Of a stretch of DNA of 55,532 bases, positions 43,270 to 53,709 are shown one piece after another. Positions within the stretch are counted from its first letter, which is position 1; each line of letters opens with the position of its first letter. Where the stretch lies: the NCBI GenBank assembly GCA_964501705.1, contig CAZCUQ010000002.1, positions 1 through 55,532 on the forward strand, written 5' to 3'. The translations under genes and the position numbers were made by a program. The DNA comes from an uncultured Ruminococcus sp. (lineage in GTDB: Bacteria; Bacillota; Clostridia; Oscillospirales; Ruminococcaceae). Under the pieces are notes generated by a model. It was given only the letters and a program-made list of their open reading frames with translations. It was not told where the DNA came from and made no database searches.

Positions 43270-43647
43270 ATGAACGAGGATCTCATCGGAATGGCGGAAA
43301 AAGCAAGGGAAAACGCTTATGCTCCATATTCTGAATTTAAGGTCGGAGCGGCGCTCGAAACACAGGACGGCGAAATATTTACCGGCGCGAATATGGAAAA
43401 TTCTTCTTACGGCTGTTCGATATGCGCCGAAAGAGCGGCGGTTGTCAAGGCGGTAAACAACGGCAGGAAAAACTTTAAAAGGATCGCGGTGGTAAGCTCT
43501 TCCGATGACGAAACATTTCCCTGCGGAATATGCAGACAGGTGCTTTCGGAATTCTCCCGCGATATGAAAATAATACTGAAAAACAAGGAAGGAAAAATTA
43601 CGGAATATGTTCTGTCGGAGCTTATTCCTCACAGCTTCGGTCTGTGA
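43270..43647 (+). CDS. cdd: Cytidine deaminase
   Basis: YAPYSEFKVGAA, CAERAA and PCGICRQ zinc-binding motifs. I prefer the ATG at 43270 over the GTG at 43261. Confidence 0.85.
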   Translation: MNEDLIGMAEKARENAYAPYSEFKVGAALETQDGEIFTGANMENSSYGCSICAERAAVVKAVNNGRKNFKRIAVVSSSDDETFPCGICRQVLSEFSRDMKIILKNKEGKITEYVLSELIPHSFGL

Positions 43648-43660
43648 ATCACAGTAAATT

Positions 43661-44632
43661 ATGGAAAACGAAAAATTTGAAATTACGGTAAACGCTCAGA
43701 AAATGGAGGATATTATTGCCCTCTTCGGAAATTACGACACAAATGTTAATCTCATTCAGAGACAGTATAACGTGACCGTTATCAGCAGAGGAAACAATAT
43801 AAAAATAAGCGGCGGCGAAAATGACGTTATGAACGCTGTGAAAGCCGTGAATACCCTGCTCGGAATGATAAGCGGCGGAGAGGCTGTCACCGACCAGAAT
43901 ATAAGATATGTTTTCTCCCTCGTAAGCGATGGATTGGAAAACGAAGCTCAGAATCTTTCCGACGGGAACGTCTGCGTCACAAATTCCGGGAAACCCGTCA
44001 AGGCTAAGACCTTGGGACAGAAAAAATACGTTGAGGCTATAAAAAACAATACGATAGTTCTGGGCGTGGGGCCTGCGGGTACGGGAAAAACTTATCTTGC
44101 CGTCGCGATGGCTGTAAAAGCTTTCAGAAATCACGAGATAACTAAAATAATTCTCACGCGGCCCGCCGTTGAAGCGGGAGAAAAACTCGGATTTCTTCCC
44201 GGCGATCTGCAAAACAAGGTCGATCCTTATCTTCGTCCTCTGTATGACGCCCTGTACGATATGTTCGGCGCGGACAGCTACGCAAGGCTTATGGAACGCG
44301 GAACAATTGAGGTGGCTCCCCTTGCGTATATGAGAGGAAGAACTCTCGATGACGCTTTTATTATTCTCGATGAGGCTCAGAATACCACAAGAGAACAGAT
44401 AAAAATGTTTCTCACACGTCTCGGCTTCAACAGCAAAATGGTGATTACGGGAGATATCACTCAGATAGATCTCCCCGAAACAAAAAAATCGGGGCTTGTC
44501 GACGCTATGCACGTACTCAGAAATATAGATGATATCTCCGTGATACGTTTTACGGAAAAGGACGTTGTAAGGCATAAGCTGGTTCAGGATATAATAAAAG
44601 CGTATGAAAAGGCTTATGAAAATAAAAAGTAA
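43661..44632 (+). CDS. phoH: PhoH-family ATPase
   Basis: Walker A GPAGTGKTYLAVA, LTRPAVEAGEKLGFLPGD, ILDEAQN. Conserved position upstream of ybeY. Confidence 0.85.
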   Translation: MENEKFEITVNAQKMEDIIALFGNYDTNVNLIQRQYNVTVISRGNNIKISGGENDVMNAVKAVNTLLGMISGGEAVTDQNIRYVFSLVSDGLENEAQNLSDGNVCVTNSGKPVKAKTLGQKKYVEAIKNNTIVLGVGPAGTGKTYLAVAMAVKAFRNHEITKIILTRPAVEAGEKLGFLPGDLQNKVDPYLRPLYDALYDMFGADSYARLMERGTIEVAPLAYMRGRTLDDAFIILDEAQNTTREQIKMFLTRLGFNSKMVITGDITQIDLPETKKSGLVDAMHVLRNIDDISVIRFTEKDVVRHKLVQDIIKAYEKAYENKK

Positions 44633-44642
44633 GGAAAAAAAT

Positions 44643-45140
44643 ATGAAGCTTAAGGTTTATATAAGAAACAATCAGAGAAAGGTAAAGCTTTTCCGCGGAA
44701 TAAGACTCCTTGTGAGAAAATGCTGCCACGCGGTGCTTGAATACGAAAAATGGAACTTTGACGCCGAGGTCAGCGTTTCCTTTGTGGATAACGATGAAAT
44801 AAGAAAATTAAACCGCGAATACAGAAATTCAGACAGATCGACAGATGTTCTCTCTTTCCCGCTCGGCGAAAACGGAGTGTATGATACAAACGAGGAAACG
44901 GGCGCGAAGCTTCTCGGAGATGTTGTGATATCTATGGAGACTGCGGTAAAGCAGGCGCATGTTTACGGTCATTCTATTGAAAGGGAAGTGGGATTTTTGA
45001 CCGTTCATTCCATGCTCCATCTGCTTGGATACGATCATGAGACGTCTCCGCTTGACGCCGCCGTCATGCGCGAAAAGGAAGAAGAGATACTCTCGGAGCT
45101 TGGAATTTCGAGAGAAAGCACATTTACGGAATATAAGTAA
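44643..45140 (+). CDS. ybeY: rRNA maturation endoribonuclease YbeY
   Basis: HSMLHLLGYDH zinc motif. ATG at 44643 follows the phoH stop, with AAGGA upstream. Confidence 0.85.
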   Translation: MKLKVYIRNNQRKVKLFRGIRLLVRKCCHAVLEYEKWNFDAEVSVSFVDNDEIRKLNREYRNSDRSTDVLSFPLGENGVYDTNEETGAKLLGDVVISMETAVKQAHVYGHSIEREVGFLTVHSMLHLLGYDHETSPLDAAVMREKEEEILSELGISRESTFTEYK

Positions 45141-45141
45141 A

Positions 45142-45606
45142 ATGAGGGATTTTCTGAAAAGCTTCCTATACGCGGGAAGAGGAATCCTTTTTGCCGTTAA
45201 AACGGAGCGCAACATGAGATTTCATTTATGCTTTATGCTTCCCGTGATTTTTTTCTCGCGGTTTTACGGTTTGTCGCGCGGAGAATATGCGCTGTTGTTT
45301 GTTATCTTTTCTCTTGTGATATCCGCCGAGACGATCAATACCGCTGTTGAAAACACTGTGGATCTCATTTCAAGGGAAAAATCGGAGACGGCTAAAAACG
45401 CAAAGGACACGGCTGCGGGAGCGGTTCTTATTACTGCTGCGGGAGCCGCAGCTGCGGGAATCGCTCTTTTTTGGGATACAGGGGTCTTCGGCGAGATAAT
45501 ATGCTTTTTCGCTGAAAATCCTTTATATATAATTTTACTTATTCTGTACATTGCCGCTTCTGCGGTATTCGTATTTTTGCCGGAAAAAGAAAGGAAAATA
45601 AAATGA
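45142..45606 (+). CDS. dgkA: Diacylglycerol/undecaprenol kinase
   Basis: ATG at 45142, 1 nt after the ybeY stop. Three TM segments. ETINTAVENTVD and AKDTAAGAVL motifs. Confidence 0.8.
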   Translation: MRDFLKSFLYAGRGILFAVKTERNMRFHLCFMLPVIFFSRFYGLSRGEYALLFVIFSLVISAETINTAVENTVDLISREKSETAKNAKDTAAGAVLITAAGAAAAGIALFWDTGVFGEIICFFAENPLYIILLILYIAASAVFVFLPEKERKIK

Positions 45607-46517
45607 CAAAAACAGTTTTTGCCGCAATAGCAGGCAGACCGAACGCGGGGAAATCATCGCTTTTAAATTCTCTTATCGGAGAAAAAATAGCGGTAGTGAG
45701 CGATAAGCCTCAGACCACAAGAACCAAAATTACGGGAGTTCTCACAAAGGGAGAGCTTCAGTATGTTTTCATTGATACTCCCGGAATACAAAAGCCGCGT
45801 AATAAACTCGGAGTTCATATGAACAGATCAATAAGGGAATCATCTTCGGGAGCGGATGTTATTATCTTCGTATCCGACATTACAAGAAAATCAAACGAGG
45901 AGGAAATCAAACTTCTCGAAAGCTTTATTTCTTCAAAAACGCCCGTTATCTTAGCGTTAAATAAGATCGATCTTATTGAGAAACGGGAAAATATCGCCGT
46001 TTCCATAGCCGCGTTTTCCGGAAAATATGATTTTGCGTCTGTAATTCCGATGAGCGTCAAAGAAAACGACGGCGTGGATATCGTCCTTGAAGAAGCGGCA
46101 AAATTTGCCGCTGAAGGACCTCACTACTATCCCGACGATAAATTCACCGACCAGCCCGAACAGATCCTCGCCTCGGAAATGATACGCGGGAGGATACTCG
46201 AAACAATGTATGACGAAATTCCTCACGGAATAGCCGTCACAATTGAAAAAATGTCCGAAAGAGTATCTCGCGGCGGGGAGGATATTCTCGATATCAACGC
46301 CGTGATCTACTGCGAAAAGGATTCCCACAAGGGAATGATAATAGGAAAAAAGGGCGCTGTACTTAAAGAAATAGGCGAAAAAGCACGGATGGATCTTGAA
46401 GATTTTTTCCGCATAAAGGTTAATTTGAAAATGTGGCTCAAGGTAAAAGAGGACTGGCGCAACCGTGAATTTCTCATCAAGGATTTCGGGCTCGCAAATA
46501 ATTCCAACAATAAATGA
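45603..46517 (+). CDS. era: GTPase Era
   Basis: G1 GRPNAGKSS, G3 DTPG, G4 NKID, and a C-terminal KH domain (GMIIGKKGAVLKEIG). ATGA overlap with dgkA. Confidence 0.9.
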   Translation: MTKTVFAAIAGRPNAGKSSLLNSLIGEKIAVVSDKPQTTRTKITGVLTKGELQYVFIDTPGIQKPRNKLGVHMNRSIRESSSGADVIIFVSDITRKSNEEEIKLLESFISSKTPVILALNKIDLIEKRENIAVSIAAFSGKYDFASVIPMSVKENDGVDIVLEEAAKFAAEGPHYYPDDKFTDQPEQILASEMIRGRILETMYDEIPHGIAVTIEKMSERVSRGGEDILDINAVIYCEKDSHKGMIIGKKGAVLKEIGEKARMDLEDFFRIKVNLKMWLKVKEDWRNREFLIKDFGLANNSNNK

Positions 46518-46568
46518 AGTTCTCCGTGATATAATAATGGAGTACTCTTAATGACAGGAGAACGTTAT

Positions 46569-46712
46569 ATGTCGGAAACCGATTTGCTTTGGGAAAAGTT
46601 TGAAAAAAGCGGAAACGTTACGGATTATATCATCTATAAACAATCGGCTGAGGGTGATAAAAAGGATGCTGATTATAAAGGGAATAGTGATATCCTCGGC
46701 AGATGTGAATGA
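46569..46712 (+). CDS. yqzL: YqzL-family small protein (47 aa)
   Basis: AGGAG 8 nt upstream. MSETDLLWEKFEKSGNVTDYIIYKQ resembles YqzL and sits in the conserved era-yqzL-recO position. Below the ORF-track length cutoff. Confidence 0.55.
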   Translation: MSETDLLWEKFEKSGNVTDYIIYKQSAEGDKKDADYKGNSDILGRCE

Positions 46713-47445
46713 AAACGACCGCAGGATAAGTATCGTTACAAAGGAAAAAGGCGTTATTCAGATTTTCGCGAGAGGCGTCAGAAAAAATACAAGCACCTCT
46801 GCGGCGGCGTCACAGCTTTTCGCGTATTCGGATTTTTCCCTTAATGAAAGAAACGGAAGCTTTTTTCTTGAATCATGCAAGCCCATAAATATATTTTACG
46901 GGATAAGAAGCAGTCTTGAAAAGGTATCTCTCGCGGCGTATTTTGCGGAGCTTGTAAAGTACGCCGTTATGTCTATGCAGCCCTCCGATGAGATACTTCG
47001 GCTGCTTCTCAATTCCCTTTATTTTCTCTCCGAGGATAAGTTTGACCTCATGCAGCTCAAGAGCGTTTTTGAGCTTCGTTTTGCGTGTATTCTCGGTTTT
47101 ACGCCGAAGCTTGTCGGCTGTGACGAATGTTATCTTTACTCTGATGACTATATGTACTTTTTTTACGAAAACGGGAAAATACTCTGCGAAAAGCATTACA
47201 GGAAAAAATTTCTCGGAAGCGGCGAGGAAATTCCTCCGCTGACCGTGAAGATTTCCTCCGCCGTTCTGCACATTATGCGAAAGGTTTGCCTTACCGATCT
47301 GAAGGATGTTTTTTCATTCAGAGTAAAGGGAAAAACTCTCGGAAAAATATCCGAAATATCGGAGACCTATCTTCTTATGCAGATAGGACACCATTTTGAT
47401 ACGCTTGAATTTTATAACAGTATAAAGGAAAATCATCATGAATAA
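46666..47445 (+). CDS. recO: DNA repair protein RecO
   Basis: I prefer the ATG at 46666 (MLIIKGIVISSADVNENDRRISIVTKEKG, an OB-fold N-terminus typical of RecO). A Cys-rich zinc region CDEC ... C. The ORF-track TTG at 46600 is unlikely. Confidence 0.75.
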   Translation: MLIIKGIVISSADVNENDRRISIVTKEKGVIQIFARGVRKNTSTSAAASQLFAYSDFSLNERNGSFFLESCKPINIFYGIRSSLEKVSLAAYFAELVKYAVMSMQPSDEILRLLLNSLYFLSEDKFDLMQLKSVFELRFACILGFTPKLVGCDECYLYSDDYMYFFYENGKILCEKHYRKKFLGSGEEIPPLTVKISSAVLHIMRKVCLTDLKDVFSFRVKGKTLGKISEISETYLLMQIGHHFDTLEFYNSIKENHHE

Positions 47446-49825
47446 ATATTATAAAATACTTGAATTACATAAGATCATCGAAGCTTTGGAACATGAAGCT
47501 TCAAATGAAAAAACCAGGGAAATGATACGTAATATCGAACCCGTATCAGACCTTGAGGAAGTAAAAAAGGAAATGCGGAAAACTGTTGACGCGTTTGATC
47601 TGTCCGTAAAAAACGGAACTCCGTCGTTTTATGATTTCAAGGACGTTGAGGGAGCTTTGAAAAGAGCGGAATCGGGAGCTTCGATAAGCCTTGGGGAGCT
47701 TCTGGAAATAGCGTCAATGCTTCGCCAGACCGAGCTTTTGCGCGAATGGTATTCGTCTCTCGGAGATGTTGATACTTCTCTTAATTACTTATTTGAGAGT
47801 CTCTCTCCGAATACCGCTCTCGAAAAAAAAATCTCCGATTCTGTTCTTTCCGAGGACGAGATTGCCGATACAGCAAGCGCGGAACTGGGAGATATCAGAA
47901 GAAAAATATCCCGTGCGGGACTGAAAATAAGAGACAGCCTCGATAAGATGCTTAAAAGCTCCGAATTTCAAAAATCCTTGCAGGAGAATATCGTAACTAT
48001 GCGTGACGGAAGATATGTTCTTCCCGTAAAATCGGAATTCAAGGGGAATGTACCGGGAATAGTACACGCGTCCTCCGCGAGCGGCTCTACGCTTTTTATC
48101 GAGCCTGCTTCGGTAGTTGAGGCAAATAACGATATTCAGATACTGAAAGACAGGGAAAAGGAAGAAATAGAGCGCATAATCGCCGAACTCTCGATGCGGT
48201 GCGGAGAATCCGCCGACAGTATTATTGCGGGAATGGAAATATGCGCACAGATCAATTTCTATTTTGCGAAAGCAAATCTTGCCGCGAAAATGAAAGCTTC
48301 CTGTCCTGAAATCTCCGATGATAAAATAATCCGTCTTAAAAAAGCGAGACATCCTCTTATAGATGAGAAAAAAGCAGTTCCCGTCGATATTTCTCTCGGA
48401 GAAAGCTTTGACACGATGATAATCACGGGACCGAATACGGGCGGAAAAACCGTGCTTTTAAAAACTGCGGGGCTTTTAACGGCAATGGTGATGTGCGGTC
48501 TGATGATACCTGCCTCCGATTCGAGCCATGTCTCGGTATTCGATGATATCTTAGCGGATATCGGAGATATGCAGAGTATCGAAAACGAGCTTTCCACCTT
48601 TTCCGCTCATATTGAAAACGTTGTGGAGATATGCGGTAAAGCCGACAACAGATCGCTTATCCTCCTTGACGAGCTGGGGTCGGGAACAGATCCCGTTGAG
48701 GGAGCGGCTCTTGCGGAGGCTATAATTGAAAATCTTCGTACATGGAACTGCCGAATGATGGTTACGACTCACTATCAGGAACTGAAAATTTACGCGATAG
48801 ATACCGACGGAGTTGAAAACGGCTCCTGCGAGTTTGATCAGACTACCCTCATGCCGACGTACAGGCTTATTTTGGGTTCTCCCGGAAAATCGAACGCGTT
48901 TTATATTTCGCGCCGTCTCGGTCTTTCGGAGGATATCATCAAAAAGGCAAAGGAAAACGTCTCTGATGAAAACGTAAGGATAGAAGACGTTATCGGAAAG
49001 CTTGAAAAATCCCGTATGGAATACGACAGGCTGAATGAAGAAATACGTGAGGTAAAAGCGGAAAACGAACGCGTTAAAGCAGAGCTTGAAACGGAAAAAA
49101 ACCGCTTTGAAAAAGAAAAGAACAGTGAATTTGAAAAGGCAAGAATCGAGGCTATGAGAATAGTCGAAAGCTGCCGCATGAAATCCGACGCGCTTCTTGA
49201 GGAACTCGGCAAGATAAGAAAAGAACAAAATGCCTCCGCATTGCAGTCGGCAAAATCTTTAAGCAGAAACGCTCTCGATAAAATGTACATGGAGGCAAAT
49301 CCCGTAAGATCCGCGGACAATTCTGGTTACAAGCTCCCTCGTCCTCTTAAAAAGGGAGACAGCGTATTTATCGTCAGCATGAATAAAAACGGAGTCCTTT
49401 TGTCAGACCCCGACGGGAGCGGAAATGTTTTTGTTTCTTCGGGAAATCTGCGTACTAAAACGAACATCACAAATCTTCGTATTGCGGACAAGTCAAAAGA
49501 GGATAATAAGCGGTCCCCCGTAAAATCGGCAAGACCGCAGATCACACGCGCAAAGGGCAAGGTACAAAGCGCGGCGAGACGTCCCCTTTTGGAGCTTGAT
49601 ATAAGAGGAATGAATGTAGATGAGGGAATTATCGAAACGGATTCGTTTATCGACAGCGCAGTAATGTCTCACGCCGGGATAGTCACGATAATTCACGGCA
49701 AGGGCACGGGAATCCTCCGCGAGGGAATCCAGCGGCATTTAAAACGTCACCCTTCGGTAAAATCTTTCCGAAACGGCGTTTTCGGCGAGGGCGAAGAGGG
49801 AGTCACTATTGTTGAACTGAAATGA
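47438..49825 (+). CDS. mutS2: Endonuclease MutS2 (MutS domain V + C-terminal Smr)
   Basis: Walker A ITGPNTGGKT, DELGSGTDP, long coiled-coil, and a Smr domain LDIRGMNVDEG ... IIHGKGTGILR. Confidence 0.9.
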   Translation: MNKYYKILELHKIIEALEHEASNEKTREMIRNIEPVSDLEEVKKEMRKTVDAFDLSVKNGTPSFYDFKDVEGALKRAESGASISLGELLEIASMLRQTELLREWYSSLGDVDTSLNYLFESLSPNTALEKKISDSVLSEDEIADTASAELGDIRRKISRAGLKIRDSLDKMLKSSEFQKSLQENIVTMRDGRYVLPVKSEFKGNVPGIVHASSASGSTLFIEPASVVEANNDIQILKDREKEEIERIIAELSMRCGESADSIIAGMEICAQINFYFAKANLAAKMKASCPEISDDKIIRLKKARHPLIDEKKAVPVDISLGESFDTMIITGPNTGGKTVLLKTAGLLTAMVMCGLMIPASDSSHVSVFDDILADIGDMQSIENELSTFSAHIENVVEICGKADNRSLILLDELGSGTDPVEGAALAEAIIENLRTWNCRMMVTTHYQELKIYAIDTDGVENGSCEFDQTTLMPTYRLILGSPGKSNAFYISRRLGLSEDIIKKAKENVSDENVRIEDVIGKLEKSRMEYDRLNEEIREVKAENERVKAELETEKNRFEKEKNSEFEKARIEAMRIVESCRMKSDALLEELGKIRKEQNASALQSAKSLSRNALDKMYMEANPVRSADNSGYKLPRPLKKGDSVFIVSMNKNGVLLSDPDGSGNVFVSSGNLRTKTNITNLRIADKSKEDNKRSPVKSARPQITRAKGKVQSAARRPLLELDIRGMNVDEGIIETDSFIDSAVMSHAGIVTIIHGKGTGILREGIQRHLKRHPSVKSFRNGVFGEGEEGVTIVELK

Positions 49826-49850
49826 TAACGCTGATATTTCCGGGGATCGC

Positions 49851-50540
49851 TTATTGTCCGTAATACGCGTTTTTTCCGTGCTTGCGGAGATAGTGTTTGT
49901 CAAGAAGAGCCTGCGGCATTTTCCCCGCTTCGGGATTTAACATCATCGCGTGATAATTCATGAACGCGATCTCTTCAAGCACCACGGCGTTGTGAACGGC
50001 TTCAAGAGCGTCCTTTCCCCACGTGAAAGGGCCGTGGTTCCTGACAAGCGCCGCGGGGACGGTCATGGGATCTTTTCCCGCGAATGTTTCGATTATAACT
50101 TTTCCCGTTTCCTTTTCGTATTCACCGCCGATCTCCTTTTCCGTCATATTTCTTGTGCAGGGTATTTCTCCGCAGAAATAATCTCCCTGCGTTGTTCCCA
50201 TGGGGATTATCCCTAAGCCCGCCTGCGCGAACGAGGTTGCCCAGCGGCTGTGAGTGTGAACGATGCCTCCCGCTTCCGGGAAAGCGCGGTATAATTCAAG
50301 ATGAGTGGGAGTGTCGCTTGAGGGCTTGTATTTTCCCTCGGCTTTTTCGCCTGTTTCGAGACTTATTACCGCCATATCGTCCGCTGTCATTTCCTCGTAG
50401 GAAACTCCCGACGGTTTTATTACGAAAAAACCGCTTTCTCTGTCAATTGCCGAAACATTTCCCCATGTAAAGGCAACAAGAGAATATTTCGGCAGAAGAA
50501 GATTTGCTTCAAGCACTTTTTGTTTTAATTCATCAAGCAT
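49851..50540 (-). CDS. araD: L-ribulose-5-phosphate 4-epimerase
   Basis: Class II aldolase/adducin fold. [16 protein letters not shown] and IVHTHS motifs. Arabinose operon context. Confidence 0.85.
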   Translation of the reverse strand: MLDELKQKVLEANLLLPKYSLVAFTWGNVSAIDRESGFFVIKPSGVSYEEMTADDMAVISLETGEKAEGKYKPSSDTPTHLELYRAFPEAGGIVHTHSRWATSFAQAGLGIIPMGTTQGDYFCGEIPCTRNMTEKEIGGEYEKETGKVIIETFAGKDPMTVPAALVRNHGPFTWGKDALEAVHNAVVLEEIAFMNYHAMMLNPEAGKMPQALLDKHYLRKHGKNAYYGQ

Positions 50541-50551
50541 AATTTTACCTC

Positions 50552-52123
50552 TTAATTTAAAAGTCTTTCGGCGGGAAGATTCGCTTTATATCTTTCCATG
50601 AATTTCTCAAAGCCGCGAATTCCCTCTTCATCAGGGTATGACGTGTGTTTTTCAAGAGACGGGAAAACCTTTTCATTCAGCCAGTCGGGAAGCGGCTTTC
50701 CGTTTCCGTCAAGCATAAACGCCGCCAAAAGCGCCATTCCCCATGCTCCGCCCTCACCCGCTGTCTTCATTACCGAAACGGGAGTATCGAGAGCGTTCGC
50801 CATTAAAACGGAAGCGGTATCGGGAGTTTTGAAAAGTCCGCCGTGACCCGTAAATTCTCCGGCTTTTGCGTTTTCCTTTTCAAAGAGGATATCCATTCCG
50901 ATTTTAAGAGCCGCCACAGAGCCGTAAATCTGTGCGCGCATGAAATTTGCAAGGTTCATATTGCCGTCGGGAGCGCGAAAATACATAGGTCTGCCGATAT
51001 CCGCCTTAGCCGCGGGTTCCGCCGAGAGAAAATTATAGACGGTAACGCCTCCCGCGTCAGGGTCTCCCTCCATTGCCTTTTTAAACAGCATTTTGTAAAG
51101 AGAGGGTTTGTCGATATTATTTCCCGCGCAATTAAGGAGTTCGTCAAAAACGTTTACCCACGCGTTTATCTCGCTTGTGCAGTTATTGCAGTGAACCATC
51201 GCGCAGGGTATGCCGTCGGGAGTCGCAACTATGTCTATTTCGGGATATACGCCTTTCAGCTGCTTATCGAGAGTCAGCATACCGAAAATGGAAGTTCCCG
51301 CAGAAATATTTCCTTTTCCCGGAAGCACCGCGTTAGTGGCGGTCATTCCCGTTCCCGCGTCGCCTTCGGGTGGACATACGGGTATTCCCGCCCGAAGATC
51401 CCCGTCTGGGTCGAGAAGCTTTGCGCCGCTTTCGGTAAGAAACGCCCCCTTTTCGCCCGCAAGCCTTACTTCAGGAAGAATTTCGGTGATGTCCTTTTTG
51501 AAGCCTTTTTCTTTAAGCTTATCGTTCATCAGGGAAACAAATTCCTTGTTGTAGTCTCCGTCATTTACGGGGAACATTCCCGAAGCTTCGCCTATTCCCG
51601 CTTCAAATCTATCCGTAAGCAGGAAGTGAATGTAAGCAGCCAGAGTGGATATTCGGGAAATATCTCCGACAAAAGGTTCATTATCAAGAATCATTTCGTA
51701 CAGATGAGAGATCGTCCATCGGTTCGGAATGTTAAAGCGGAAAAGCTCTGTAAGCTCTCTTGCCGCTTTTTCCGCCGTGGTATTTCTCCATGTTCTGAAA
51801 GGGGACAGGAGGTTATTATTCTTGTCAAACGGCATTATTCCGTGCATCATTGCGGATATTCCGAGAGAGCCGAACCTTGTCGGAATTACTCCGTATTTTT
51901 CCCTGATGTTTTCTTTAAGAACTCTATAGCAGCTTTGAAGTCCGCTGTGAATATCGTCAAGGGAATACGTCCAGAAGCCGTTTTCGAGTTTGTTTTCCCA
52001 TGTGTGCGAGCCGTCCGCTATCGGTGAAAACGTATCGTCTGTGAGAACGGCTTTTATTCTTGTGGAGCCAAGCTCTATTCCGAGAGAGGTTTTTCCGTTT
52101 TTTATTTTTTCTTTTACAGTCAT
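50552..52123 (-). CDS. araB: FGGY-family carbohydrate kinase, probable ribulokinase
   Basis: I prefer the ATG at 52123 (AAGGAG upstream). [15 protein letters not shown]-terminal actin-like ATPase motif. Lies between araA and araD. Confidence 0.7.
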   Translation of the reverse strand: MTVKEKIKNGKTSLGIELGSTRIKAVLTDDTFSPIADGSHTWENKLENGFWTYSLDDIHSGLQSCYRVLKENIREKYGVIPTRFGSLGISAMMHGIMPFDKNNNLLSPFRTWRNTTAEKAARELTELFRFNIPNRWTISHLYEMILDNEPFVGDISRISTLAAYIHFLLTDRFEAGIGEASGMFPVNDGDYNKEFVSLMNDKLKEKGFKKDITEILPEVRLAGEKGAFLTESGAKLLDPDGDLRAGIPVCPPEGDAGTGMTATNAVLPGKGNISAGTSIFGMLTLDKQLKGVYPEIDIVATPDGIPCAMVHCNNCTSEINAWVNVFDELLNCAGNNIDKPSLYKMLFKKAMEGDPDAGGVTVYNFLSAEPAAKADIGRPMYFRAPDGNMNLANFMRAQIYGSVAALKIGMDILFEKENAKAGEFTGHGGLFKTPDTASVLMANALDTPVSVMKTAGEGGAWGMALLAAFMLDGNGKPLPDWLNEKVFPSLEKHTSYPDEEGIRGFEKFMERYKANLPAERLLN

Positions 52124-52133
52124 ATTTTCTCCT

Positions 52134-53597
52134 TTATTTAAGCCTTGCTTTAAGATCAAGAAGCTCCAGCTTTTCCTGAAGCGCGTTCAGATCGGTTTTT
52201 TCATCTATGACCACAAGCTCAGTATCGGTAAGCTTTGCGAAAAGCCTGATATCATCGGAATTCAGAGCCGTGGAAACTACAGCGTGATGCGCTCCGCCCG
52301 AATATATCCATGCCGCCGCGCCTGTTTCAAAGTCGGGTTTTATTTTCCACATAACCCTTGCGACGGGGAGCTTCGGCATAGGCTTCGGCTGTTTGATAAG
52401 CTCTATCTCGGCGCATACAAGACGGAAACGGTTTCCCATATCGATAAGAGATACGGCGATCCCGTCTCCCGAAATTCCGTCGAATACAAGTCTTGCGGGG
52501 TCGGATTTTCCGCCGATTCCGAGAGGGTGAACCTGTATTTCGGGCTTTGAAGCCGCAAATACGGGAGATACCTCAAGCATATGAGAAGCAAGCTCGACCT
52601 CTTCGTTTTCGGTGAGGTCGTAGGTATAATCCTCCAGAAATGCCGTAGCGCCCGATCTGTTTTCGGCGAATTTGCAGAGAACAGCCATAAGAGAAGCGGT
52701 TTTGCTGTCACCCTCCGGACCGAAGCCTATGCCCTTTGCCATAAGATTCTGCACCGCAAGGCCGGGAAGCTGATTTAAACCGTGAAGATCCTCGAATGTA
52801 TCGGTGAACGCGGAAACCTTTTCTTTTTCGATGAATTTTTCGAGAGCAGCTTCATATTTTGCCTGTTCTCTTACAGCGTTTCGATCATTTGACGGCATAA
52901 TGTATTTATCGCCGTATTCTTTCATTTTCGCGTCGATCTCGGCGTTGGAAACATTACTTATGATATCGGCGAGATCTCCTATTCCGTAGCAGTTGATATT
53001 CCATCCGAAGCGTATTTCACTTTCGACTCTGTCGTTATCGGTAACGGCGACGTCGCGCATATTGTTTCCGAAGCACGCGACCTTCATGGTTTTTCCGAAA
53101 TCCGCCGCAAGAGCCGCTTCGGCGAATTTTCTTACTTTTCCGATGACCTTTTCGTTTTCGTAATAGCCTGCCGCGATCTCGCGCTTTATGCCGAGCCTTG
53201 TGCAGATGAAGCCGAATTCCCTGTCGCCGTGAGCGGACTGATTGAGATTCATGAAATCCATGTCGATCTTATCGTATGGGAGCTTTTCGTTTATCTGCGT
53301 GTGAAGATGAAGCATAGGCTTTGTAAGAGCTTTAAGAGCGCGTATCCACATTTTGGCGGGGGAAAAGGTGTGCATCCATGTGATAACGGCAACACAGTCC
53401 TTGTCGGAGCTTGCCTTTATGCAGATATCCTCCGCTTCGTCGGAGCTTCTGACAATAGGCATTGCCTCTACGCTTACAAGTCCGTCAAGCTTGTCGTTAA
53501 GGGCTTTTGCGATGGTTTTTCCGTCCTTTTCCGCCTGTGCGAGAGTTTTCTCGCCGTAGAGATTTTGCGAACCCGTAATAAAATAAATTTTTTTCAT
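52134..53597 (-). CDS. araA: L-arabinose isomerase
   Basis: N-terminus IYFITGSQNLYGE, then WMHTFSPAKMWI and EGDSKTA motifs. About 487 aa. Confidence 0.85.
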   Translation of the reverse strand: MKKIYFITGSQNLYGEKTLAQAEKDGKTIAKALNDKLDGLVSVEAMPIVRSSDEAEDICIKASSDKDCVAVITWMHTFSPAKMWIRALKALTKPMLHLHTQINEKLPYDKIDMDFMNLNQSAHGDREFGFICTRLGIKREIAAGYYENEKVIGKVRKFAEAALAADFGKTMKVACFGNNMRDVAVTDNDRVESEIRFGWNINCYGIGDLADIISNVSNAEIDAKMKEYGDKYIMPSNDRNAVREQAKYEAALEKFIEKEKVSAFTDTFEDLHGLNQLPGLAVQNLMAKGIGFGPEGDSKTASLMAVLCKFAENRSGATAFLEDYTYDLTENEEVELASHMLEVSPVFAASKPEIQVHPLGIGGKSDPARLVFDGISGDGIAVSLIDMGNRFRLVCAEIELIKQPKPMPKLPVARVMWKIKPDFETGAAAWIYSGGAHHAVVSTALNSDDIRLFAKLTDTELVVIDEKTDLNALQEKLELLDLKARLK

Positions 53598-53709
53598 TTG
53601 ACGACCTCCATTTATTGATATTTTGCAAGATGATCCTATTGCTTATAAATAAGTATATATTGAACGGGGAAATTTTTCAAGAATTCTGTTCATTAAAAGC
53701 AGACATTTA

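Noticed and set aside
43649-44575. 308-aa ORF antisense to phoH, and similar long antisense ORFs at 50843-52027, 23073-23996, 7084-7794, 12760-13488, 26362-26973, 35777-36385, 48551-49228, 31415-32080 and 43117-43632.
   Set aside because: Each lies fully inside, and opposite to, a gene with clear family motifs. They have no RBS and no recognisable motifs, and their composition is the mirror-frame artefact typical of shadow ORFs.
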